DNA from: a virus
Taxonomy: Duplodnaviria > Caudoviricetes
Strand: one strand, 5' to 3'
Virus record (IMG/VR): IMGVR_UViG_3300048597_000651
Location: 1-50,608 of that record
DNA: 50,608 nt
A model generated the notes under the pieces. That model had not been told where the DNA came from. It searched no databases and was given only the letters and a program-made list of their open reading frames with translations. The translations under genes were made by a program, and so were the position numbers. This document shows positions 36,940-45,965 of this stretch, piece by piece (within the stretch, counting starts at the first letter, position 1; each line of letters begins with the position of its first letter).

Positions 36940-37836
36940 TTAACTCACCTCGTGTTCGACATTATTATCCTTCAAGAATCCAATCAGTGTTGCGGCGTGC
37001 ACGCCCCATCCGACATGCATGAAACTGTGCGCCGTATCCCTCATTGTTCCTCCATCTTTGATCTGATAATTGAATCCCAACGGATAGTGTCTCGTCTGTG
37101 TTTGAATGCCCCAAATCCTGCCTTCTGCATCGAATATCGGGCCGCCACTTTGGCCTTTCAAACCCGGGCTAGATGTCTCGATATACGCTAGATCAAAGTC
37201 GAATTTCGGCGGCGGTATTCCCGCAGCCTCTTCGCGCAGCTTGATATTAATTATCCGCGTAAGTATGCCCTCGTTTGGGAACATTGGGAGTGGCGCCGAC
37301 AAGTTGAATGTCTCTTTTCCCTCATCGAATGTGGGTTGCACCTCACTAAATGGAAATCCAAGCCGGCACAGGCTGGTGCCATTGTCGAAATCAACAGTGG
37401 GATTCTTGATTTTGGGATATCCATGAATCATTGATGCATCAAATGGCGTCAATTGTCCCACCGCCAAGTCCATCAACGGGAAACTCCGAATGTCTACCAG
37501 TTGGCAATTGGGCAACCCGTAAAACAAAGAAAGCTTCCTCGGCGCATCTGCACCCGGGTCGGCTAACGCCATTTTGCGTCGGCGCTTGTCTTTGTCTTTT
37601 ATGCCAGCGTCAGCATCGATCTCGCTGCACTGTTGTTCATACGCATGCAGATCGCGTGAAGATCGCATCAGTTCATCGGCAGTTTTAAGAATGTGGGCGG
37701 CAGTGACAAACCATCCATCCCTGTTTATGACGACGCCAGTTCCAATGATTGAGTTGACATTTCTGTTTCGCGTCCAAATGGAAATGACGATTGGCAAAGT
37801 GAATAGGCGTGCAATTTTGTAGGCTTTGGCAAACAC
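36940..37836 (-). CDS. Trypsin-like serine protease (lower GC)
   Basis: VTAAHI, DLAV and GQSGGP catalytic triad; no signal peptide. Confidence 0.9.
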   Translation of the reverse strand: MFAKAYKIARLFTLPIVISIWTRNRNVNSIIGTGVVINRDGWFVTAAHILKTADELMRSSRDLHAYEQQCSEIDADAGIKDKDKRRRKMALADPGADAPRKLSLFYGLPNCQLVDIRSFPLMDLAVGQLTPFDASMIHGYPKIKNPTVDFDNGTSLCRLGFPFSEVQPTFDEGKETFNLSAPLPMFPNEGILTRIINIKLREEAAGIPPPKFDFDLAYIETSSPGLKGQSGGPIFDAEGRIWGIQTQTRHYPLGFNYQIKDGGTMRDTAHSFMHVGWGVHAATLIGFLKDNNVEHEVS

Positions 37837-37866
37837 AGTGTCCTCAATGTGGTTAGGTTGATGTCT

Positions 37867-38235
37867 TCACCGTCCAATCCAGCACCGCACGCCGCCATGC
37901 CGGCTGCACGTCCCGCTGCCGGTCGATGTGCTCGACGAGCCGTCGTTGCAGATCGCGCCCACGCGCGTTGTGCCGGTGCTGCCCGCGCACCACGGGATGC
38001 CGCCAGGCGGGTTGGGTGGCTGAGGATTGGTCGTGGGTGCCAACGTCGGCGCCGGCGTCAATGTTGGCGCGATGGTCGGTGAGGCTGTCGGCGATGGCGT
38101 GATCGCCGGCGCATCGCGCCGCACAACGGGCAGAAAAGAAACGGGCCGCAACCCGTCGGCGCTCGCCGGCCAGGCGGCCGCCAGCGCAATGCTCATGCAC
38201 GCCAGTGCGAGCACAGCAAAAATACGTTGCTTCAT
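37867..38235 (-). CDS. Secreted DUF3761-like protein
   Basis: Signal peptide, FLPVVRR motif, AICNDG..S...GTCSRHGGV. Confidence 0.75.
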   Translation of the reverse strand: MKQRIFAVLALACMSIALAAAWPASADGLRPVSFLPVVRRDAPAITPSPTASPTIAPTLTPAPTLAPTTNPQPPNPPGGIPWCAGSTGTTRVGAICNDGSSSTSTGSGTCSRHGGVRCWIGR

Positions 38236-38354
38236 GGCAATCCCCCGATTGTTAATCTACGAATACCCACAGCCGGCCATCGTCGCCGATCTGCCACGTG
38301 CCGCGCTGAAGCCGGCGCTCGATGCGAATCACGTCCACCAGCAGCGGCACAGCA

Positions 38355-38771
38355 TCAAGCCGGCTTGCTTCGCTTGCCAGTTCCCTTATCAGCAGCGCGT
38401 GGCTTGCTTTGTCGAGTCGTGTGCGCGATCTGTCGAAGAATCGCCGTAACGATTCCGACAGCCTTTCTCTTTTCATTTTCGTCTTCGATATCGTTGAGGA
38501 GTTCGGCAAACAGTTTCGTTTCATCGTCGTTGCTTCGATCCTCTCCCTCATCCATCAAACCAAATTCACGAAAGACTATCTCTGGAGACACGCTGAGCCC
38601 GCGTGCAATCCCTTTGGCAATTTTGGGGCCGACATTTCTACGACCGGCATATACGTGAGTCAGTGCAGAGCTGTTGAAATCGCCGCGCCGTGCCAACTCG
38701 GAGCGGTCAATCCCTGCCAGCCTTAGCTGCTCATCCAACCATTGAATGCCTTCTTCGGTCGTTTTTGTCAT
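38355..38771 (-). CDS. Phage repressor (XRE HTH)
   Basis: RSELARRGDFNSSALTHVYAGRRNVG; divergent from the early-right operon. Confidence 0.85.
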   Translation of the reverse strand: MTKTTEEGIQWLDEQLRLAGIDRSELARRGDFNSSALTHVYAGRRNVGPKIAKGIARGLSVSPEIVFREFGLMDEGEDRSNDDETKLFAELLNDIEDENEKRKAVGIVTAILRQIAHTTRQSKPRAADKGTGKRSKPA

Positions 38772-38818
38772 TGGTTTAGAGTGTAAGACTCCAGACTAAA
38801 GTAACTTGAAAATGACTG

Positions 38819-38862
38819 TTGACAAACCGTAAGACATGTCGTAATATGATTTTTGTCAGTAG
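38819..38862 (+). promoter_or_regulatory. Early-right promoter
   Basis: TTGACA-17bp-TAATAT; operator-like TTGACAAACCGTAA. Confidence 0.75.
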
Positions 38863-38929
38863 AAAGTGACTATAGACACACCCTCCCGCCGGCGTAGGAC
38901 CCGGCAGGAGGGGAGGAGAAAAGGACAGA

Positions 38930-39550
38930 ATGACATCGCTCAATCATTTCGTTTACATCAAGACCGACCTAGCCCGGTGGACGACCGGCCACTACGACGA
39001 GAACAATTGTTGGCACCCCGAACGTGACTGCGCATCCCCCGATTACGCCGCCGCGCGCGCGGCGTGGCTCAATGGAAGCGGCGACAACCCAGGCAACGAG
39101 ATCGAATGGACAAAGCGCCGGCAGGAATCTGCGCCGGCTCAGTCGCCGGCCACCCCAAACGCCACCGCCGACACGCTCATCGTCCCCGTGTCGCCCGCCG
39201 GCATGGCGTGGTATGCCGGTCAACTCCAGCTCGCCGACAAGCGCCTTGATGACGCCCTGGCCGTCAATCAGGGGCTGGCAACCGAGAACGCCAATCTCAC
39301 GCAGGAACTGAGCGAGCTGCACGAGCTGCTCGCCGTCGCCGGCGAGACGGTTGCAAATCTTGAGCGCGCACTCGAAAGCGAGCGCGCCATCGTCAAGCTC
39401 GCGGTCAGCGCCGCCGGCATGTTCGGCATCAGCCTAAAGACGCGCCGCTACGTGCGCATCCACAACGCCATGCGCGCCCATCGCAGCGCCCGCGGCGCCC
39501 AAGCCTGCACGCAGACCAGCACGCAATCCAACGCGGCATCTGCGGCGTAG
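38930..39550 (+). CDS. Hypothetical protein with coiled coil
   Basis: AAAGGA RBS; 206 aa. Confidence 0.7.
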   Translation: MTSLNHFVYIKTDLARWTTGHYDENNCWHPERDCASPDYAAARAAWLNGSGDNPGNEIEWTKRRQESAPAQSPATPNATADTLIVPVSPAGMAWYAGQLQLADKRLDDALAVNQGLATENANLTQELSELHELLAVAGETVANLERALESERAIVKLAVSAAGMFGISLKTRRYVRIHNAMRAHRSARGAQACTQTSTQSNAASAA

Positions 39551-39601
39551 GGCACTCCCACACTGAATCACCCAACAGGAGCACCAACAGGAGCAACAAC
39601 G

Positions 39602-40042
39602 ATGGGAGCAACCTACCGCAGGCACTGGAAGCACGGCTACACCGGCACGCCGGCATCCATCGCCTTTCACGCCATGCACGACGTGGTGCTGGTGAACCCG
39701 AATCCAGGCCTCATCACGCGCATGCACAACGCCGCCGCCGGCGTGCGCTTCGCAGCGCCCCACCAGATCGACGCGGCGCTGGCGAAACTGGCCGGCCTCG
39801 TGCAGGAGGCACACGAGGCCGGCCACATGATCGACGTGACGACCAACCGCGCCATGCTGCGCTCCAACTCCAGCAAACACTGCATCACGCTGCACGTGCG
39901 CAAGGCTGAGCAGTCGCAGGATCAAGCGAGCCGCGTGTTCATCAACCAGATGAGCCGCGCCACGCACGACGATCTGCTGCCGCGCATTCGCGGCATGTTC
40001 GTCGCCGGCGTAGTGGCTGACACGGCAGGGGAGGGGCAATAG
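39602..40042 (+). CDS. Hypothetical protein
   Basis: AGGAG RBS; 146 aa. Confidence 0.65.
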   Translation: MGATYRRHWKHGYTGTPASIAFHAMHDVVLVNPNPGLITRMHNAAAGVRFAAPHQIDAALAKLAGLVQEAHEAGHMIDVTTNRAMLRSNSSKHCITLHVRKAEQSQDQASRVFINQMSRATHDDLLPRIRGMFVAGVVADTAGEGQ

Positions 40043-40044
40043 CG

Positions 40045-40263
40045 ATGTGGCAATTCCCCTCTGATCGACCCGACGCCGGCCAGCAGCATGTCGCCGGCAG
40101 CCAGCAGGCCGCAGACGAGCGCATCGCGCGCAACATGAAGCGCGCCGCACACAAGCGCGCGGTGTGGGTCGTCCTCACCGGCTCGCCGCTGGAGATTGTC
40201 GTCATCGTGTGCGTGTTGGCGCTGTGTGTCGCCGGCGCCGCGCATTTTCTTTCGCTGAGGTGA
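40045..40263 (+). CDS. Small membrane protein
   Basis: C-terminal TM; GGAGG RBS. Confidence 0.6.
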   Translation: MWQFPSDRPDAGQQHVAGSQQAADERIARNMKRAAHKRAVWVVLTGSPLEIVVIVCVLALCVAGAAHFLSLR

Positions 40264-40267
40264 ATTT

Positions 40268-40657
40268 GTGAACACCTTGACCCTATTTAACGCATACGAG
40301 AAGGCGCAAAACGATCTGTCGAATGTGTGCGTGCTGCTTGCAGCCGTGCCGATGAGCGCGGGCGAGATTGCCAGCAATTACCAACGCGCTCGTCGGCTGG
40401 AGCGCCAGTGCAACACCCTTGCCGCCGCCATCCGCGCACGGCTCACACCGCCGCACTCGAAACAGTCGCGGGTCGCTGGCGTGTCGATCCATCCGAATGC
40501 CGTGTTTGTGCACCGCAACAACGAAGACGATTACGCGATGTATGCCGGCACCACCGCCTCACGCAAGCGGCTCTTTTGCGTGTGTGTAGACACAATGCAC
40601 CCCACGTGGAGCGGGATCGCCGGCGTGATGCGATTCGAGCGTGAGGTGAAGTCGTGA
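40268..40657 (+). CDS. Hypothetical protein
   Basis: GAGGTG RBS; coupled to the next gene. Confidence 0.6.
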   Translation: MNTLTLFNAYEKAQNDLSNVCVLLAAVPMSAGEIASNYQRARRLERQCNTLAAAIRARLTPPHSKQSRVAGVSIHPNAVFVHRNNEDDYAMYAGTTASRKRLFCVCVDTMHPTWSGIAGVMRFEREVKS

Positions 40658-41013
40658 CCAGCATCACCGGCACACAGCTCACCTTCACCGCGCCGCTGCC
40701 GGCGCACAACGGCACGCCCACATCGCGCGCCGCCGCCGAGCGCATTGAACCCGTTGCCGGCACGCTTCGCCGGCAGGTGCTCGACTACCTGCGCGAGCAG
40801 GGCGAACACGGCGCGACCGACGAAGAGATGCAGGACGCGCTGCACATGAACCCGTCGACGCAGCGCCCGCGCCGCATCGAACTGTGCGACACGGGCTGGA
40901 TCTTGCGCACCGACGACGTGCGCAAGACGCACAGCGGGCGCGACGCCGCCGTGTATCGCGTCGCCCCGTCTGAACAGGGTGACGCGCCAGTGATCGTAGA
41001 GGTGGCGCGATGA
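40654..41013 (+). CDS. Winged-helix DNA-binding protein
   Basis: TSRAAA...GATDEEM...STQRPRRIEL..GWI...TxSGR pattern. Confidence 0.75.
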   Translation: MTSITGTQLTFTAPLPAHNGTPTSRAAAERIEPVAGTLRRQVLDYLREQGEHGATDEEMQDALHMNPSTQRPRRIELCDTGWILRTDDVRKTHSGRDAAVYRVAPSEQGDAPVIVEVAR

Positions 41014-41384
41014 GCAACACGCCAAAGACGATCTATCGCCGGCCAGAGCACGCGGGCAACCCGCCAACGAAAGCCGTCATACGCGGAGAAACATCCATGC
41101 TGACGCTTGACCCTGCGCGACTGGCGAAGGCCGGCAGCGTGTACACCGCCCCCAGGGGGTGGCACACGGTCAAGCCAGTCAGCCGCCGGCCCCTGAGCAA
41201 GGCCGCGGTGATTCTCTTCCTCTTGGGTGTGCTGGTGGTGGTGGTCGTTCTGATCGCCATCACCAGCGAGAGAAGGGCGCATGCTCAGATCATCGGCGAG
41301 CCTGTGTGCTACATCAGCGCGCCGGCATTGCCGGCCATGTCCTGCATAGAGCCGCGCGCATATTTGCCAATAGTGCAACGATGA
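41010..41384 (+). CDS. Membrane/secreted protein ending YLPIVQR
   Basis: TM segment plus a Chloroflexota-type terminal motif. Confidence 0.65.
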   Translation: MSNTPKTIYRRPEHAGNPPTKAVIRGETSMLTLDPARLAKAGSVYTAPRGWHTVKPVSRRPLSKAAVILFLLGVLVVVVVLIAITSERRAHAQIIGEPVCYISAPALPAMSCIEPRAYLPIVQR

Positions 41385-41596
41385 AAACACAACCAAAAAC
41401 ACAAACACAAACGTGTGAGAAATGCGGCGCAACACTGCACCGCGAAGATTTGATTGAGGACGCCGACAACATGCAGCGGGTCTGGAAGTGCCGCGCATGC
41501 GGACACGACAACGGCACACCGAGTGCGCCGCGTCGCGCCGGCTCGCTCGGCGATGACAGCGAAGCGAGTCGCATCGACAGGAGCAACATCAGTTAA
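41381..41596 (+). CDS. Zn-ribbon protein
   Basis: CEKCG...CRACG. Confidence 0.6.
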   Translation: MKTQPKTQTQTCEKCGATLHREDLIEDADNMQRVWKCRACGHDNGTPSAPRRAGSLGDDSEASRIDRSNIS

Positions 41597-41703
41597 CAGG
41601 CGGCGGGATTCTCCTTTCCCGCTTTGGGTTGGTTTCGCTGGCGGCCGGATCATGGGGCGGCTGCCAGCGAGCCGGAATGCACAGGAACATGGGAGCACAT
41701 GAA

Positions 41704-42855
41704 ATGGATCAACTTCAATTTGGCGCGTTCATCGAGCAACTGACGCGCATCGCCAATGCGCTGGAAGCCGCAAAGCCGGCAGAGCCGGATGCGATCACGC
41801 TGCCCATCGGCGCATACAAAACGTTCGACTGGACGCAGATCAACTGCCGCGTGTTCGCCGACGATGATTTCGGCGTGTCGCAGGTGTTCTGCATGAATGA
41901 CGGGCGCGTCTATACGCGCCGCACCAACGACAAATTCGGCTCTGAAATCTGGTTCTCGCGCGGTGACGGCAAAGCCGCCGACGGCACCGCGCGCTACAAG
42001 CGGTTGATCGAATTCCGCGAGATCAAGGACGCTGAACCCATCGGGCGCAAGGCCGAGCAGGCGCTGAAACACGCGCCGAACGTGCAAGCACCTGAATTAA
42101 AAGCGCCTGCGCTCAACGCGCCGCGCATCGAGTTGCCGGCAGACCTGCGCAAAGACTGGCTCTACTGGCATGACGAAGCTTCGAAGTTCGGCGCCGTGCC
42201 GGCAGAACTCGGCATCTACGAAGCCGACACCATCAGCAGCGTGAAGGACAAGATCGCGCGCCTCACGGCGCTGGTCGAAGCCGGCGCGGTCGCAGATGCG
42301 CAGATACTGCTCGACAAGCTGGTCATGGCACTAGCCGACGCGAAAGAGGCCGGCGTCGATGTGCCGGCAGAGTTCTATGCGACCGCCGGCGTTCCCGCTG
42401 ATGTGATCGAGATGCGCATCGGCACGGTGAAGAACCTTATCGCCGCCCAACAGGGCGCGCAGGTGATGACGCAATCAGCGACACAATCGGCACCCGCGCA
42501 ACAGCCTATTGCAAACGTTGCTGCCCAGCAGGTCATCAACGACCTGCGCGACGCCGCCGGCAAGAGCGCCCAGCGCGTCACCACGCAGTCGCAGGACTTC
42601 GACATCATCAGCGCGCTGGAGCATGTCTGTGGCACGGAGAAGGCGCGCCAGAGGTTCACCGAGATCGTGTTTGGCGAAGCGCGCTTCGACAAGCTCAAGC
42701 CGGCGCAGCGTTGCGCGCTGCTCACCTGGCTCAGGCCGGCGCGTGTCGCGAGTGGCAAAGCTCAGCCAACCAACCCGAAGGCCGCCGCCGGCGTTGCCGC
42801 CGTGCTGACCATGCCGCAGGCAGCAGAATCCCCTGAACAGGCGGTGACGGCGTGA
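41704..42855 (+). CDS. DdrB-like ssDNA-binding/annealing domain protein
   Basis: FDWTQI...GRVYTRR...IWFSRG...YKRLIEFR resembles Deinococcus DdrB (FDWSLI..GHAYRRR..IKYSRG..Y.SLAIFR, recalled from memory). Confidence 0.6.
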   Translation: MDQLQFGAFIEQLTRIANALEAAKPAEPDAITLPIGAYKTFDWTQINCRVFADDDFGVSQVFCMNDGRVYTRRTNDKFGSEIWFSRGDGKAADGTARYKRLIEFREIKDAEPIGRKAEQALKHAPNVQAPELKAPALNAPRIELPADLRKDWLYWHDEASKFGAVPAELGIYEADTISSVKDKIARLTALVEAGAVADAQILLDKLVMALADAKEAGVDVPAEFYATAGVPADVIEMRIGTVKNLIAAQQGAQVMTQSATQSAPAQQPIANVAAQQVINDLRDAAGKSAQRVTTQSQDFDIISALEHVCGTEKARQRFTEIVFGEARFDKLKPAQRCALLTWLRPARVASGKAQPTNPKAAAGVAAVLTMPQAAESPEQAVTA

Positions 42856-43097
42856 CATCATCTCTCCGCAAGGGGCAGCGCGTCCGCCTCACGCAGATGC
42901 AGCGCGCGCGGCTCGTCGTCAACGGCACGCTCGTGTTCGACTACGACAACGCGCGCGGCAACACCGCAGTTGTCGAAGAGATCGTCGAAGGGCAGGGCGT
43001 AAAGGCCGTTGTGCGCTTCGATGCACCGAACGCCGGCGTCATGCTGGTGCCGGCGAAGTATTTGAAGCGCGTCGCGAAGCAGGAGCGTGCAACATGA
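42852..43097 (+). CDS. SH3/KOW-like small protein
   Basis: LRKGQRVRL...VVRFD. Confidence 0.55.
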   Translation: MTSSLRKGQRVRLTQMQRARLVVNGTLVFDYDNARGNTAVVEEIVEGQGVKAVVRFDAPNAGVMLVPAKYLKRVAKQERAT

Positions 43098-43453
43098 TGG
43101 AAGAATTTGACATCAACGGAAACACATTCCATGCGCGTATCAATCAGGAAGTCATCATCAAGTTTTCGGGCAACGTCACGGTGAAGGGGTTAACCATTGA
43201 GGCTGATGACGACTGCGACGATGAGCAGGATGTGATCGACAGCCTCAAAGAAAAACTTGGAACTCTTTTCCCAGAACTATGCCTGCCAGCCGAGAGCGAA
43301 GAAGACCCGCTCGCGCCCATCGTGCCGCGCTGGATGCGTAATCACGAGCCAGATCGCAGGCAACTACAGCAATGGAATCAGGGCGCGCCGGCACAGTCAC
43401 CAGAGTTGCGATTACGCGATCTGCCCATCGCCAACGCATTAACCCAACCATGA
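43094..43453 (+). CDS. Acidic hypothetical protein
   Basis: AGGAG RBS, coupled. Confidence 0.6.
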   Translation: MMEEFDINGNTFHARINQEVIIKFSGNVTVKGLTIEADDDCDDEQDVIDSLKEKLGTLFPELCLPAESEEDPLAPIVPRWMRNHEPDRRQLQQWNQGAPAQSPELRLRDLPIANALTQP

Positions 43454-43634
43454 CAACTGACACAACGGAGGCGATAACGGCGCCGTAAAAGCGCCGACGC
43501 GACGCGGTGGGGCCGGCTCTGGAGACTGACGCAAGCCGTCACTGTTTTATGGGAGCACACGGTTTGATAGGTCAGCCGGCCTCATTTGTAACACGATGAA
43601 AAAGAAATCCTACATTCAGGATGGTTTGTTTTAG

Positions 43635-43976
43635 ATGGCGCGCAACATGAGCTTCATGCTTACCGCGCAGCAGGTGCTCGCCGGCACGAAGGACGTGACA
43701 CGCCGGCACGGCTGGTGGAATCTCAAGCCAGGCGACCCGCTCAATGCCGTCGAGAAGGGTATGGGGCTGAAGCGCGGGCAGAAGATCGTCAAGCTGCGCC
43801 GCATCGAAGTCGTCTCGATTCGCCACGAGCGACTGGACGCCATCACGCCGGCGGACGTGTGCCGCGAAGGATTCCCTGAAATGACGCCCTTGCAGTTCAT
43901 CGAGATGTTCTGCAAAACGCATCAGGGTTGCACGCCGGCCACCATCATCAATCGCATCGAGTTCAAATATCTATGA
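43635..43976 (+). CDS. ASCH domain protein
   Basis: GTKDVTRR, LKPGD and ITPADVCREGF motifs. Confidence 0.85.
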   Translation: MARNMSFMLTAQQVLAGTKDVTRRHGWWNLKPGDPLNAVEKGMGLKRGQKIVKLRRIEVVSIRHERLDAITPADVCREGFPEMTPLQFIEMFCKTHQGCTPATIINRIEFKYL

Positions 43977-45010
43977 ACACACCATCGACCGACATTCGCA
44001 CTCGCGTTGACGACGCCTTCGCCGGCTTCATCGGCAACACGCCGGCGGTGTATGCCATCAAGCGCAGTCTGCGCGTCGCGCTCTCGCACACTCCGGCGCG
44101 CATGGATCGCGTGTTTCTGTTTGTCGGCGGCCCGTCGCTGGGCAAGACGACGATAGCGAAGCGCACCGCAAGCGCGCTCGGCCTGCCGTTCCTCCAACTC
44201 GACGGCACAGCGATCAAAACCCGCGAGCAACTGTTCGACGCGCTTGAAGACATGCTCGTTGATGGCGGCCTGCCAACAAAGCGGGTGGGTGAGCGCAGCG
44301 GCATGCCGATGATCGAGTATCCGCCCTGCGCCATCTTTATCGACGAGATTCACACGCTGGGCGCCGGCGTCCAGAACGCGCTGCTCACCGCGCTCGAAGC
44401 GAGCGACCGCAGTGTCGTATTGAGCCGCGCCGGCGTGCGTCGTGTGGCGCTGGTCGGCAACGTGCTGTTCATGTTCGCCACCACGAAGCAGGGACTGCTC
44501 GACGATGCATTCCGCTCGCGCTGCACCGAGATTCTGTTGCAGCCATATTCGCAGTCGGAGATCGAAGAAATGGTGCGGCTGAACTACGCCGGCTTGCCGG
44601 CTGAGGCCGTGCCGCTGGTCGCTCGCGCATCGCGTCTCGTGCCGCGACGGGCGTTTATGCTCGCGCGCGATGTGTCTGAGGAGATCGCCGACACGGGCAA
44701 GCCGGTCGAAACGTGCTTCGCGCACGTCATGTATGGTCTCGGCATCGTCAGCCGCAATGGCCTGACGCATGATGATCTCGCATACCTCAACGCGCTAGTG
44801 AATGAGCGCCGGCCGCTGGGCGAGCGCGTCATCATCGCATCGCTAGAGGGCATCGAATCCGAGCGCGTGCGCGATGAGATCGAGCCGTATCTGAAGCGGC
44901 TCGGCTACATCAAGCTCGCCAAAGACGGGCGCGTCATCACACCCGACGGCCTTGATGCGCACACCCGCATCAAGGCGCGCCTGGCCGAACTGCCGCTGGG
45001 AGTGAACTGA
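43973..45010 (+). CDS. ruvB: RuvB-like AAA+ ATPase
   Basis: GGPSLGKTT, IFIDEIH, FATT..GLL..AFRSR, SRLVPR and EIEPYL..GYI....GR..T, i.e. full RuvB architecture. Confidence 0.8.
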   Translation: MNTPSTDIRTRVDDAFAGFIGNTPAVYAIKRSLRVALSHTPARMDRVFLFVGGPSLGKTTIAKRTASALGLPFLQLDGTAIKTREQLFDALEDMLVDGGLPTKRVGERSGMPMIEYPPCAIFIDEIHTLGAGVQNALLTALEASDRSVVLSRAGVRRVALVGNVLFMFATTKQGLLDDAFRSRCTEILLQPYSQSEIEEMVRLNYAGLPAEAVPLVARASRLVPRRAFMLARDVSEEIADTGKPVETCFAHVMYGLGIVSRNGLTHDDLAYLNALVNERRPLGERVIIASLEGIESERVRDEIEPYLKRLGYIKLAKDGRVITPDGLDAHTRIKARLAELPLGVN

Positions 45011-45011
45011 C

Positions 45012-45239
45012 ATGACCCTGCGCCGGTATCGTGACCCCAAACTGCGCCAGCGCATCCGCGATCTGCGCAGAGCGGAGAACTGCGAGCGCAAGACGCATTT
45101 CGACTCACGCAAAGACGCGCAGGCCGTGCGCGTTGACATGACGCATGGCGACAACAGCAAATTGGCGATCTACGTGTGTCCGGTGTGTGGCAAGTTCGTG
45201 CTGGGCAGTGATCGCAAGAAAAGCAGGAAGATGAAATGA
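45012..45239 (+). CDS. Small Zn-binding phage protein
   Basis: CERK..F...A...YVCPVCG. Confidence 0.65.
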   Translation: MTLRRYRDPKLRQRIRDLRRAENCERKTHFDSRKDAQAVRVDMTHGDNSKLAIYVCPVCGKFVLGSDRKKSRKMK

Positions 45240-45728
45240 ACAACTTACCGATCCGTAATCGCACCAGCACGGTCGCGCCAGAGCGCACCGCTGCACGCAT
45301 TGAGGAGATGCTCGCGAAGGCCGGCGCATCCGACATTCGCAAACGCTACGAGAACAGCGAGCTGCGCGGCATCGACTTCATCATCCCGACAGAGCAGGGT
45401 GAGATGTCGTTCCGCATGCCAGTGGACACGGGGGGCCGCTTATCAGGTGCTCTATGACGAGCGACGCAAGCGCAGGCTGTCCACGACGCTAGTACAGCAG
45501 AAGTCTCTGCGCGAGCAGGCCAGGCGCACGGCGTGGAAGCTGGCGCAGGAGTGGCTGGAAATTCAACTCGCGATGGTCGCCATGCAGCAAGCCGAGATCG
45601 TGCAGGTGCTGCTGCCGTATGCCGTGCGCGGCGATCAAACGTTCTTTCAGGCGTTCAAGCGTGCCGGTTATGCCGGCCTGCTGGCCGCGCCGAAGGATGA
45701 CGCCGGCGATGTGATTGATGCGGGGTAG
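45236..45728 (+). pseudogene. Phage protein split by an extra G in a G6 tract (or a sequencing error)
   Basis: Removing one G at 45430-45435 joins the two ORFs (..MPVDTG-AAYQVLY..) into 163 aa. Confidence 0.65.
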
Positions 45729-45732
45729 GGCG

Positions 45733-45942
45733 ATGAAAGCGCGCATTGTCTACATCAAGGTCTTTGATTGCCGGCTCTTGATTGCCGGCGCAATTGTGAT
45801 CGTGCGCCGCAGCGACGGCACGAGCCGGCGCTATGCCACCTATCCGCGCTGGCGTTTATCCACCAGTCACGCCAAGGGAATATCCAGCGCCTCCGTGGAT
45901 CGCGCGATAAAAGCCAGCGACGCCGGCCCGAGTATTGCTTAA
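45733..45942 (+). CDS. Small hypothetical protein
   Basis: 69 aa within the operon. Confidence 0.45.
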   Translation: MKARIVYIKVFDCRLLIAGAIVIVRRSDGTSRRYATYPRWRLSTSHAKGISSASVDRAIKASDAGPSIA

Positions 45943-45964
45943 TTTAAGTCCAGTTAAAGGAAGT
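45937..45964. other. dif/lox-like recombination site candidate
   Basis: GCTTAATTTAA-GTCCAG-TTAAAGGAAGT (11-6-11 imperfect inverted repeat) abutting the recombinase start. Confidence 0.55.
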
Positions 45965-45965
45965 A

